The position numbers and the translations under genes were made by a program. DNA of 62,247 nt, counting the filler, from Basidiobolus meristosporus CBS 931.73 (taxonomy: Eukaryota; Fungi; Basidiobolomycota): assembly GCA_002104905.1 (NCBI GenBank). It is 3 parts of 3 records of this genome, joined end to end, with 100 filler letters (N's around TTAATTAATTAA, not from the genome) between each part and the next. Parts side by side here need not be neighbours in the genome. Positions count along the whole stretch, not along the records: positions 1 to 28,393 come from MCFE01000883.1; 2 more parts are not named here. The stretch is one strand, 5' to 3'. This document shows positions 1 through 11,448 of the stretch, piece by piece. The notes beneath the pieces were generated by a model. The model ran no database searches and was not told where the DNA came from. It worked only from the letters and a program-made list of their open reading frames with translations. Numbering within the stretch: position 1 is the first letter of the stretch; every line of letters starts with the position of its first letter.

Positions 1-630
1 TGGAACACCATGTTTAGTAATTACTTTGCCTGTGAGAGAAGTATACAAGGGAGGCAATCCCACAACAATAGATCATCATCCCTTTTATCAATATACTAAT
101 TTGTTGATCAGTGTGAGCACTGCTACCTGGTGCTACCTGAGCTCCAGCCTTTGCCCACAGGACACTCCCAGGAAGCCGTGCTGACAGCCAACTGACCTTA
201 GAGGCACTACTTGTGAGGAATATTCAGAGTAGGTATCTTTTATTACATTTGATTTTTTCCCAGGTTTTTTCTTGTACAGGCATAGGTACCTTTCTGTCTG
301 TGTAACTATTGACCTTAGCTGCATTCTTATCAGGTCCCTGCTAATGGAGCTTACAGTGATTTGACTTTGGAAGCTTTAGTATATTGTTTTCTCAAAAGAT
401 GTTGAACCCAGCACATACTTTTGTTAAGATGCTAACTATGTTGGGGGTTGTAGCAGAATAGTATTCCATTGACAAGCTTGTGGCTTTATTCCCCTTCACA
501 TTAGAGTGGAGTCAGACCCAGATATTCCTAACAAGCTATTGCCAGAGGTTATTACACCCATTGAACACCTTACACAACACACTTGAGAAGTGATGGACAT
601 ATCTCTCCCTTGGACCTATACACAACCACA
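1..630 (+). repeat. Gypsy family B 5' LTR, truncated by the window start
   Basis: Collinear with the 3' ~60% of the intact B LTR at 15794-16864; ends CACAACCACA and is followed by a PBS-like sequence. Confidence 0.85.
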
Positions 631-633
631 TAT

Positions 634-652
634 TTGCACCCAATGTGGGGGG
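634..652 (+). promoter_or_regulatory. Decayed primer-binding site, tRNA-Lys(CUU) type
   Basis: TTGCACCCAATGTGGGGGC lies 3 nt after the LTR. It matches the Lys(CUU) PBS TGGCGCCCAACGTGGGGC once two CpG transitions are reverted, leaving one other mismatch. Confidence 0.6.
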
Positions 653-764
653 CTTGTACAAGCTCCATAGGACCCAACAAGATTTACCCAAATACTTGAG
701 TCATTACACACTTACTGAAAAGATACTACCAATATTATAAAGATTAAAGCCCCTACCTACATAT

Positions 765-2113
765 GCAGAATGAACTCTATGCCATTATCACTCTCAAATG
801 GTGCCCAATAGTTTGATGTGAAGAATGTGGAAAGCTTCATACTCAACTGGGAGATGCTCTGCAAAATGTGCAGCCTTACTAAACAAGAAATGGCTGAAGA
901 CTTCCCCCTACTACTGCACCAATGATATTACCACTAAGCTTCTCAGACAAGGAGACATTGTCACTGACTGGGCCTTAATGAAGACCTAACTACAAGTCAA
1001 GTATGGTAGAACCCTCATATACTATGAAACTGAAGATCTGAGACACTTTGAAAGATCTGGACTCTTGAAGTTACCACTATAAGAGTTCATTCAGCAGTAT
1101 GAAGAGATGGCCAAGCCACTCCTAGAGTTCCAAGCTATAACTGAGCTTACCATGAAACTTTACCTTGCACAAGGACTTCCCCAGGACTTGGCAAAGAAAG
1201 TTGACCTACATGCAGCCAAGGATGACAAGTATGGCATTCCATGCTTTGCAGAGATGAAATATGTTCTTCTAGAGGCCAGACAGACTTCCACCTTTGTGAG
1301 ACTCTTTAAGCCTAATCTGCCAGACCTAAGAGCTTGATACAGATGGAATGGTTGCTGACAAGGAAGGAAGAAAAATCCCCACCAACTTCCAAAGAGGATG
1401 GATGAGGGCCCTTTTCCAAAGATCCAACTCAGCAACTAGAAAGATTACAGCTGATGCCCCTATATGGATATTTATACTTCAAGGCCTTATTGGCAGATTT
1501 GGCTGCATCGAACAGTTTGTTGGTCACAGAGAAGAGATGACATCCCCAATAATTCAGGAGTTATGCTCAAAGTACAAGATACACATTGCTTTTGCTACAG
1601 CTTACCTTCCTCAAGCCAATAGAATGGCAGAGAGAAGACATGGACCACTGGTTAACTCTCTAGTCACAACCTGCAAGAATAATACAACACTGTGGCCACA
1701 GCAGTTGCATTGTGCACTCTGGGCAGATAGGACTACTACTAAGAGAATGAATGGACTATCACCATTTAAGCTACTGATTGGAAATGACTGCATACTACCA
1801 GTTGAGTTAGGCACAGCCATTTAGAACTTGTTAAATTGGAAATCTAATATGCACACTGAAGACCTCCTAGCCACTTGTACACAGCAACTTGATCACCATG
1901 ACTAAAATATCAACATAGCTGCTGAACAACTTAAGGAAACATGGCTAGAGAGCAAAGTACCCATTGACAAGTCACATTCAACAAGACCAAAGCCACAGTC
2001 ACTTGGAGACATAGTAATACTCTATGATTCCACCTAAGTTATTCAAGCAAGGGAATTTGACACAGCCTGATTAGTTTGCTTTAATCCAAGCTCAAAGCTG
2101 CAAGGGGGGTGCA
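765..2113 (+). pseudogene. Internally deleted Gypsy B interior: gag-like remnant, integrase core/C-terminal remnant, PPT
   Basis: ORF 1348-1824 reads ATAYLPQANRMAERRHG...WPQQLHCALWADRTT...GLSPFKLLIG (integrase). A purine tract AAGGGGGG at 2102-2109 precedes the next LTR. No RT/RNase H between gag and IN. Confidence 0.7.
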
Positions 2114-4053
2114 CGTAGTGGGGTCAGAGTAACACCCACTGACATATGTGCTCATTCCCATATTTTCTATTTCCCAATTTTTCTACTACACTTATATTAG
2201 TTTTATCCCATTTGCCTTACTTGATCAGTACTGTGCCATAAGCTGGTGTGGTGGTGTATAGGTCCAAGGGAGAGATATGTCCAACGCTTCTCAAGTGTTT
2301 TGTGTGTTGGGTGTTCACTTGGTGCAATAACCTCTGGCAAAAGCTTGCTAGGAATACTTGGGCTCTGTCTCTGATCTAATGTGATGGGGAATAAAGCCAC
2401 AAGCTTGTCAAGGGAAAACTATTGAGCTACAATCCCCAACTTAGTTGGCGTCTGACAAAAGTATGTGCTAGGTTCAGCATCCTTTAAGATGACAATGTAC
2501 TAAAGCTTCCAAAGTCAAAACAACTGTAAACTCCACCAGCAGGGACTTGATAAGAATGCAGCTGTGGTCATTAGTTACATATACAGAAAAGTATCTTTGC
2601 CTGTACAAGAACAAACTTGGGAAAGAATCAAATATAATAAAAGATATCTACTCTGAGTATTCCTCACAAATAGTGCCTCCAAGGTTGGTTGGCTGTCAGC
2701 GCGGTTTCCTGGGAGTGTCCTGTGGTCTGGGGTTAGAAGTTCAGGTAGCAGCAGGTGGCAGCTATCACACTAATCAACAAGTCGGTATATTGATAAAAGG
2801 GATGATAACTTATTGTTGAGGGATAGCCTCCCTTATATACTTTTCTTACTGACTAAGTGATAACTAATCATGATGTTCTAGAAGGTTCCGGATATAAATA
2901 GAAATCTTAATGAGCTCAGAATGACCTAAGAATGTTTGAAGTAGGTGCCAGAAGGTTCTATGAGGCACAGCACATTCAACCAATCAGCAATCAGTACTCT
3001 GAAACCTGTGTAACATAGGGATACCATATATGATATGGAAATGGTAGGGATGGTGACACAGGTTGAACATGTGTCACGGGTACTGGTGTGGGTACTTGCC
3101 TAATATAGAAGTACCTTCTGCTAGTAATCTTACATAAAGTGGGGGATAACTTGTGCAATAAGGTAAGCAGGTGTGATAGTCAACCGGCTTATGGGATAGT
3201 ATTGATCAGGTAAGACAAATGGGATAAAACTAATTTACCAAACTGTGTCACCATTCCTACCAATTTCATACCATATATGGCATCCCTATGTTACACAGGT
3301 ATTAGAATACTAATTCCTGATTGTATGCATGTGTGGTATCTCTTAGAGCCTTCTAGTACCTACTTAGAACATTCTTAGCTCATACTGATGTCATTAAGAT
3401 TTCTATTTGGCCACCAGAACCTTCTGGAACACCATGCTTAGTAATCTCTTAGTCAGTAAGAAAAGTATACAAGGGAGGCTATCCCACAACAATAAATCAT
3501 CATCCCTTTTATCAACATACCAACTTGTTGATTAGTGTGATCACTGCTACCTGCTGCAATCTGAGCTCCAAGCTTTGACCACTGGACATTCCCAGGAAAC
3601 TGCAATGACAGCCAACTGACCTTTGAGGCACTACTTGTGAGGAATACTCAAAGTAGATATATTTTTTACATTTGATTTTTCCCAAGTTTGTTCTTGTATA
3701 GGAAAAGATACTTTTCTGTCCTTGTAACTATTGACCACAGCTGCATTCTTATCAAGTCCCTGCTGGTGGGGTTTACATTTGTTTTGACCTTGGAAGCATA
3801 AGTACATTGTGATTTTAAAGAATGCTGAACCAAGCATATGCATTTGTTAAGATGCCAATTAAATTGGGGATTGTAGCTTAGTAATTCTCCCTTGACAGGC
3901 TTGTGGCTTTATTCCCCTTTGTATTAGAGATGAGCCAGAACCCAAGTATTCCTAGCAAGCTTTTGCCAGAGGTTATTGCACCCGGTGAACACCCCACACA
4001 AAACACTTGACAACTGCTGGACAAATTTCTCCGTTGGACTATACACTACCACA
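2114..4053. repeat. Composite of B LTRs: direct piece 2114-2246, inverted LTR 2247-~3233, direct piece ~3238-4053
   Basis: Each segment aligns to the reference B LTR (15794-16864); orientation flips at AGCTGG|TGTGGTGG and again near 3233. Confidence 0.8.
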
Positions 4054-6259
4054 CCATCATAATACCAGCAGCTTAGAATTAGTGACTCACTTGACAATCT
4101 GATAATAGGATCACAACAGCATTTTGCTAATTCTACTGCCAAATACAGTTATAAACTTGACAGGGTTTGATTGGTGCTGTGACAATAATGGCATGTCTTT
4201 GTTGTGGTCTTAATGCACTCTACAGTTATCTTAATTTGATCTAACTGTCCAGCACATCCAGTTGCCTTATATGGCCAAAAGATTGACGGTATTTTGATAG
4301 CCTCATTGCAAGTCTCTGATGGCATTATTGCAGCAGTATGACAGTCTACAGCTGTTTCTGTGTAATGCTACCATACCAATTTACCATATGGTGTTTCCTT
4401 TTTCTACCTCCCCTTGTGCAATTCAAATATTCCACTGTAAAATCACCCCTCTTTATTTGCTTACCCACTACTACTTTAGGTATTCCACATATGGTTTGAA
4501 TAAAAAAAAACTATTGCCTCCTGCTTACTAACCTTTACAATTGAACAGACCTGCCACAATTTACATACTGCTATTGCCTCAACTTTATGTCTTCTTAGTG
4601 TGATACTTGCACAGCTACCATGTACCTTGGGCTGCTGTTATCATATACATCTTGCAAACATATGCTTTGTTGCTGCCACTTCTGCCATGAATATTTACTG
4701 CACATTTGCATGCACTTTTTAGTATTGAGCCAATATATTCCTTCTTCCTGCTGGATTCTAGTCCCCCTTATATGTGACCTCTGGCTCTTGCTTGTGTGAG
4801 TTCCATATTGAATGGTGTGAAGTTGGCTTGTGGCCAAGTGAAGTCCAGTACAAGTTGGTAGCATTGTCCTAATAGAAATTAGCTGCTTGTTGCACCCAAC
4901 CCAGGTTTGCACTGCTTAACTTATTACCCATGCACTGGGGCTGCTCAGATTCTTAATGCCATACACATAGATATCTCCATATGCATATCTGTCCACATTA
5001 TTTGCAACTCTTCATGGCTGTCCCCTATGTGCTAACTTTTCAAATCCATGACAGACTTGAAGGTTATATTCTTGCAGAGATTAGGATATGATAGTACCTG
5101 TGACTTGACTTGACTTCCTGTCTTGCCACACATCTGCTCCATAAAAACTCCCAAAAGATGAAGCAAGACCTAATATTCTCCACACACTAAGCAAAATGGA
5201 CTAGAGAATGGATACAGTAGCAGCAGAGATCTATGTGTCAGCTTTATGCTTGTAGCATAGCCGCTCAAATCCCTTTACAAACTCCTTGCACAGCAGCTTT
5301 AGATGTATCTAGTCAGCATTGGTAATCAGCTTCTGGCTAAATATTCTTACAATGTCCACATATGACTCCCAATTCTTCCAATGTACTCTTGGTAGGAATG
5401 TCTTCAGAGCACCACTTGAATAAATACATATCCCGCTCATCCAGTTGTGCATTTGTATTGTTGCATATGTGTATGAATATTGATTGGAGCCTGTGAGAAG
5501 TACTTAGGCTAGCAGATACTCTGTAATGACTTGTCAAATCTTTCAAATTTCTCCAGTATTTCAAAGGGCTCATTCAGCTTGAAGCACCCCGTGTACAATT
5601 TGGTTATTATTATAGGGAGTTGTTGAAAAGCAAATACATTACTCCCAGTGGAAAGCTTTTGCTCCAATAGATACCCTTTATCCCAAGTATCTCTGCTTTC
5701 TGATTAATTCCATATTCTGGCCCATGGCTTACAGCTTGCCAACTTTGCTGCAATTGCATGCTGACTTCTGTAGGTTCTCTCTGTTGAAAGATAATGTTCT
5801 TAGTGTTGATGTTTTGGCTATAAAAATGTGTGTGTGTTATGGAGTAAATCCCTTGGATCTCACACATTTAACAGCAATACCGGCCATTGAGCCCAGAAAA
5901 GCCTGATATCTTGCTGATGGCTGGGGTATCTCCAATGCAGATAATAATGTTTGCTTTTACATGACAGCCACTTACTGTTTACCTGCTGGAAAGCATACAA
6001 AACTTCTCTGGCAATAGATACAGGTAGCTATCCAGGTTGGACAGTGATCTGGGCCCAGATACCAGTGAGACTACCATCAGATTCTGCTATGATACTGTAA
6101 GATAGGTGGCAGATTCAGGCTGATGAGAATAAGTGGCCAGCATAATTTGGTGTTAGAGTACTTATATAATGGGAATCCATCAAGTGCTAAGGCCAAGGCC
6201 TGGTCATATAAGCCTTCAATGTAGACCTTGCTTCTTGGCTGTTTGCAATGTTGCCATTA

Positions 6260-7306
6260 TGTTATGATCTGCCGCTTGAATGTTTGAGTTAGATCAGTTT
6301 TAGTCAAATCAATCAGTTATATGTTTAACTTATCAGTACGTCAGTATTGTCTATCAAATCAGCTGCATTAGTCAGGAAATGAGCCAGCAGATCCTTATCA
6401 GACAGAAATAGATATATTAAGTAGGATCTTATTGGGTGATGATGATGCAATCAAATAAGTCATTAGCCACAGCCTACATTAGGAAATATAATTAGTCAGC
6501 ATTTGATCTGGCAAAATGTATATAAGGAGCTGCTGGAACCTCAATAAAGATCAGTTCAAGTTTTAGCAAATACAGTACTAGCTAAACTCCCTATTCCTCT
6601 ACAACTCTTAAGACTTGTTCTGTTGGATAGTGCCACACTGAGCCATGAGTGCCAAATGATGCCATAGTGTGCAAAGAGGCCAAGTGAGCCTATACTTGGC
6701 CACAGAGTGTGAAACATGGATCTGCATCTTCATGCAAAGCAGCCCCTGTGTTTCACCTCTGATGCAGGAGAAAATCCATTTTTTGACGTTTTTTTGTGGA
6801 TCAATGTTGTGCAGGATGTGTAAGAGCACAGAAAAACTGAAGACATGCATCAGGTACTCAATACCCACGGCACTCTGAATCTAGCTCCTGTAGCTTGTAA
6901 CACGTCACAACAATGCATGGCACTATTGTGGTCCACTGGTACTATCTGGCACAAAGAACTTATAGTGCCAGATAGTGTCATGCATTGTTATGGCTTGTTA
7001 CAAGCCACAGGAGCTAGATTCAGAGTGCCATGGGTATTGAGTACCAAATGCATATTTTCAATCCTTTTGTTCTCTTACACATCCTGCACAACATTGACCT
7101 AAAAAAAAAGGTCAGAAAATGGGTTTTATCCAACAAAATTGTTGAAACACAGGGGCTGCTTTGCATGAAGATGCTGATCTATGCTTCACACTGTGTGGCC
7201 AAGTATAGGCTCACTTAGCCTTACTGGCTCACTATGGCATCATTTGGCACTCATGGCTCAATGTGGCACTATCCAACGGAACAAGTCTTTATACTAAGAC
7301 TTGAAA
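6260..7306 (+). repeat. Solo Gypsy family C LTR containing a MITE
   Basis: Starts TGTTATGATCT and matches C LTRs at 11093 and 24816. The flanks rejoin into sequence collinear with CACTA copy 2. Confidence 0.75.
6611..7288. mobile_element. Foldback MITE (678 bp), PIF/Harbinger-related, TSD TTA
   Basis: Termini AGACTTGTTC...GAACAAGTCT; ~330-bp inverted arms; TTA at 6608-6610 and 7289-7291. Removal restores the C LTR tail CTCTTATACTAAGACTTG. Confidence 0.9.
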
Positions 7307-8223
7307 AATTGAATATATTGGATATGTTTGCCCTAATTGATATCAAGTGTGGTACATTATAGCTTTGTAATATCTGTTGGATGGCATGAGCTTTTTTCTC
7401 AGGGTATTACCAGAATATATCCGGAGTTTGTATTATGTTTTCCTTCAATGGTGGTGGATTCCAGGCAATTTGGACATGATGCAATGGTGGCATTTTTGGA
7501 TGTGAAAGCCATGCAACTGTTGACATATACTGGAATCAGGACAGTCTCTGGGTCATATATTGCCAGCTGCATGATAGTTGTCCACTTGTACCATGTACTT
7601 GGTAAGTTGCATCCCAGAATGATTTTGGCAAATTGTAGTAATAAATCCTCAAAGCCCCCAATACTGATATTAGTGGAAACACACCACTTCTGTAGCTATA
7701 ACATTACATTATCTACCAGTAAATGGATTACTGGTCTCACTTGACTCCATTAATTATCCTTGGCATTTGTTTCAATGCGGGTTGTCTCATTTTATATTGG
7801 GATTTGACCAGGCTCATGTGTGGTACTGTTGTTAGGGGAGATAGGCTCACAAACCCCTTTTGAAAGATATGTTGTAATGATCCCATTAAAAGGCCATCAC
7901 AAATTTAATGTCCTGTTACTAAGAGGTACTGATCCAGTCAGGATACCATGCAGAGACTGTTCCAAAATAATTGAGCACTAGATTTCACAAAAAACTTAGT
8001 CAAGATATTTTATCACAATAATATATAGGTGGCTTTTGATTGATTCCCTGCCAACTTGCTCACTTTCTGATCCCAGACACTCTGTCACCTTCTATCTTTG
8101 TGTGCATACTTCCTGACACAACTGTTTCTGTTACTTTTTGTGCATGCAAATTGATTTATTGTTGTTGATACTTCAGTTGTACCTCAATTGCCAATTGTAC
8201 TGACCTAAATAAGTCCCTATACC

Positions 8224-10110
8224 CTACACTAACATTAAGCCCAACCCCACACTCAACAAGTGACTCCAATAATATCCACCATTCAATAAGTATTTCTGCT
8301 GTAACACAAGTAATTCCATAAAAGTCCACCACTTAAAAATTATTTCTGCTGCAACGTTCTGGTCCCACAACTTTGGTAAGAACTCAATGGCACTATGCCA
8401 CTGATCATTCACCGGTTCCCACATGTCCTGGTCTTCAGCCAGCATTGCAAGGTCTAGCACCTCATCTGCCAGTCTTTGCAATAAATCCTTGCCACATTTA
8501 AGTGAGTCTTCTTGAGCACTGCTCTTGAAGCAGTGCTGCAACCTCTTGGTGCACCTATGAATGCTCCAAAATTCTACTGAAGGCATTGCAATAGTCCTTT
8601 GGGTTCTTGACATTAAAGCCTTGTTGATCAGTAAAATCATCACTCTGTCAACAATGGAGCACATGGAGGCTGTGGTAGATAAATTGCCTTTTTCTGCAAA
8701 CACATCTACCTTGCTGGAGTGTAGCTCAACTGGCTGCACTTCCAACTCTTGTGAAAACAGCTGCTTTCTTGTTGGTGATACTTTTTGGTTATAATGGGAT
8801 TCAGTCTGTTCCAGGCTTGCAGTGTAAATTGGCAAGAACTGTAAGTTTGTTACATGCTTCCCTGTCTCAGGCTTAGGTAGACATTTTTCTCTTTTCCTTA
8901 TCACTGCGAGGTTTCTCACTGCTACTTTGTCTGAGTGCTTATTATAATGACCCACATATCTGTTTTGGCCTGCATATCTCTTGCTGGCACTCTTCTAGCA
9001 ACCTGATGTTTCTTTTCAGCTTGTTTCAAGCTCTTAACTGTAGTTGTGACAGGCTCCTGTAAAAGCTGCTGGTTTTTATTGCTGCCAGGTCCTTCACTCC
9101 TACTCTGACTGAGTGCCTCTTGAGTGGTCCTATGCTTTTTCCTTGATAAATGTTGTGCTGGTGTATCCGTGTCAGCCTGCTTGTCCCTAGTTGGCACTCT
9201 TCCAGCTACCTGATGTCTCTTTGATGCCTTTCTGGAGCTTTTGACACTGCTTGTAATGTGCTCCTCAGGAAGCTACTGGTCTTTAACCATGACACACTTG
9301 TACTTCTGCCTATGATAGTTTCTGCTACTCTTAAGATACTTTCTTAGCATACCAGTGCTGGCGCAAAATGAATTTGCCCATTTGAATCCAGGATAATGCT
9401 CTTAGAACAAGTTAAGTGCATTCTGCTTGGGCTTATGTCCCTGAAAGTCCCATGGTATGCCAGCCTTAAGGTGATTGCATGCTGGAATTCTGATGGCCCC
9501 TTCAATATTTGACCACTCTTCATTATTGCACTCAATGGCTTCACAGTTCTTCAATGTCTTTAAATTCTTTGGCTTCAGTATACATTGCATTGTCTCCTTC
9601 CCATGCTGTGATAGGCTTTCTGTGGGCTTTATTTTAGAACACTGTTGTTGTGCTTCAAAGACTGTAGAGTATTCCCCGGCTGTTACATTGGGAAATGGCT
9701 CAATTCTTGGCTGCAGCATAGAGCTACCTTAGTTCCTTCATTGTAGCAAAGATATTGCTTTCTTGACCTAGGATATTTATTGCTTTAAAAATATTATTTG
9801 CTTATCCTGTTTCTGGACTATTTCCTGATTTCTCTGGGTCATTGCATCTATCCTATCTGCCACTGCACCTGATTGCTTCATTAATTTTTTGGTATGAGCT
9901 GGCAACATACTTACTAATATGGGTTGTGCCAAAGTTATGATGGCTACTTGCTAGTCTTCAACCAAGGGGGCTGTGTTTGCTACATTCTCATCAGCCAGAC
10001 CATAACAGTCAGCTTGTGGCTTTGCAGAGGTTCTCACTTGCCTACCTGACTGAGAGCCTGAGGGGTCTGCATCATTATCTTCAGCGGCCACACTGTCAAC
10101 ATGGCCTGGA
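8224..10110 (-). pseudogene. Unclassified repeat family G, copy 1 (decayed gene-like ORF)
   Basis: ORF fragments 8224-8955, 8922-9197 and 9402-9719 are homologous to 46899-48289 and to 55350-56268. Confidence 0.6.
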
Positions 10111-10119
10111 CAGTTCTGG

Positions 10120-11092
10120 ACCAGATATAGAGATTACCAGTACTTAGTCAAGCATTTGGCATCACCAATGCCCTTGCAACAATCATGACCTTGATGCACA
10201 ACATCTTCCAGGAGTACTTTGACAGGTTTGTGGTAATCTACCTAGAAGACATATTGATATACAGCAAGACACCAGAGGACCACTTGGCTCAAATCCAAAA
10301 TGTCTTCAAGAAGCTAAGAGAAAACAAGCTATACAGCAAGCTAGCAAGGTGTGAGCTCTTGAAGAAACTTCTTGTCCTGTGGAGATCTTATAAGATAGAG
10401 CAGCAAACTGTAAGGCAAAATATAGGTATTCTACATGAAAATGCAGCATATTAATCATTGAAAACTTTGGCATGTCACCATAAGCTAATGATGCTACTGA
10501 GAGGTTAAATAATTTATTTGGAAAATGACAACCAAATATTCAAACAGATCTTTAGTAAATGGGAAAAGTGTATTTGCCATGCACTGTTTGCCTGCAGAGT
10601 TAGGGGGCACAACACTACCCAACAATTGCCATTTTTCTTAGTGCTTGGATGTCAATTGTAGATTCCAGGAGATCTCACACAGCCAAACTCACCGACAACT
10701 TGGAGGATGAGCTCAGTCAGCATACTAGAAACCAACAATTGAAATAAGTATATCTGGAGGCTCAGACCAAAATTTTTAAAGGTACAGAAATGATGAAGCA
10801 AAGACTGAATAAGGCTATATCACTGGAGGCTATGATAATTGAAAACCTTGTATTAATATGAAACAGCACTCAGAAGGAGTCTTAAAGCAATGGACAAGTC
10901 CATTAAAGATCATCAGATATTGTCCATTTGTAACTTACTAACCAGTAGACAAACAAGGGAACATCAGAGAAGATCTAGTTCATTGAGATAAACTCAAGCT
11001 TAGAAGACTAGCTCACAATACTGAGCCATCAAGATACTGGCTCCATAAGATAGGAGATTCAGGAGGACCCTCATGGCTTTTGTAGGGGAGAA
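10120..11092 (+). pseudogene. pol: Gypsy C fragment: RT piece, integrase tail, PPT
   Basis: [20 protein letters not shown] (RT YxDD region). Collinear with the minus-strand C pol at 26162-28393. PPT TAGGGGAGAA at ~11082-11092. Confidence 0.75.
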
Positions 11093-11448
11093 TGTGATGA
11101 TCTTATTCTTGAATATCTAAATTAGATAATTTCTAGTCAAATCAATTAGTTTTATGCTAGGTCTATCAGCATATCAGCATTATATATATTACGTCAGTAG
11201 TGTTAGTCAGCAAATGAGTCAGCAGATTGCTATCAGACAGAAGTGGATATGCTGAGTAGGATTTAGTTGGGTGAACATGAAGGAATCAACTGAACCATTT
11301 CCACAATCTTCAATTAGTCAGCAATTGATCTGGCAAAATCTAAATAAGAATCTGCCAGAACCTCAATAAAGATCAGTTCCAGTTTTAGTAAATATAACAA
11401 TAGCTAAACTCACCATTTCTCTACAACTTTTATTTAAGACTTGTATCA
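11093..11448 (+). repeat. Gypsy C 3' LTR
   Basis: TGTGATGATCT...AAGACTTGTATCA directly after the PPT. Confidence 0.8.

Larger units (their letters stand above)
4054..7790 (-). pseudogene. Decayed CACTA/EnSpm-like (Transposase_21/Tnp2-type) transposase, copy 1, split by an LTR
   Basis: Minus-strand fragments ILISLNLPP and GDTPAISKISGFSG; N-terminal fragment STNISIGGFEDLLLQFAKIILGCNLPSTWYK. Inverted homology to 11449-13950. Boundaries approximate. Confidence 0.65.

Noticed and set aside
133-324. Recurrent small ORFs such as MIRMQLWS (also 2547-2819 and 16333-16563)
   Set aside because: They lie antisense inside B LTRs, vary in length between copies, and recur only because the LTR is repeated.
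6608-7218. ORFs MGIEY... and MQRGQ... in the foldback MITEs (also 57765-58037)
   Set aside because: Chance frames in a non-coding palindrome, not conserved in length.
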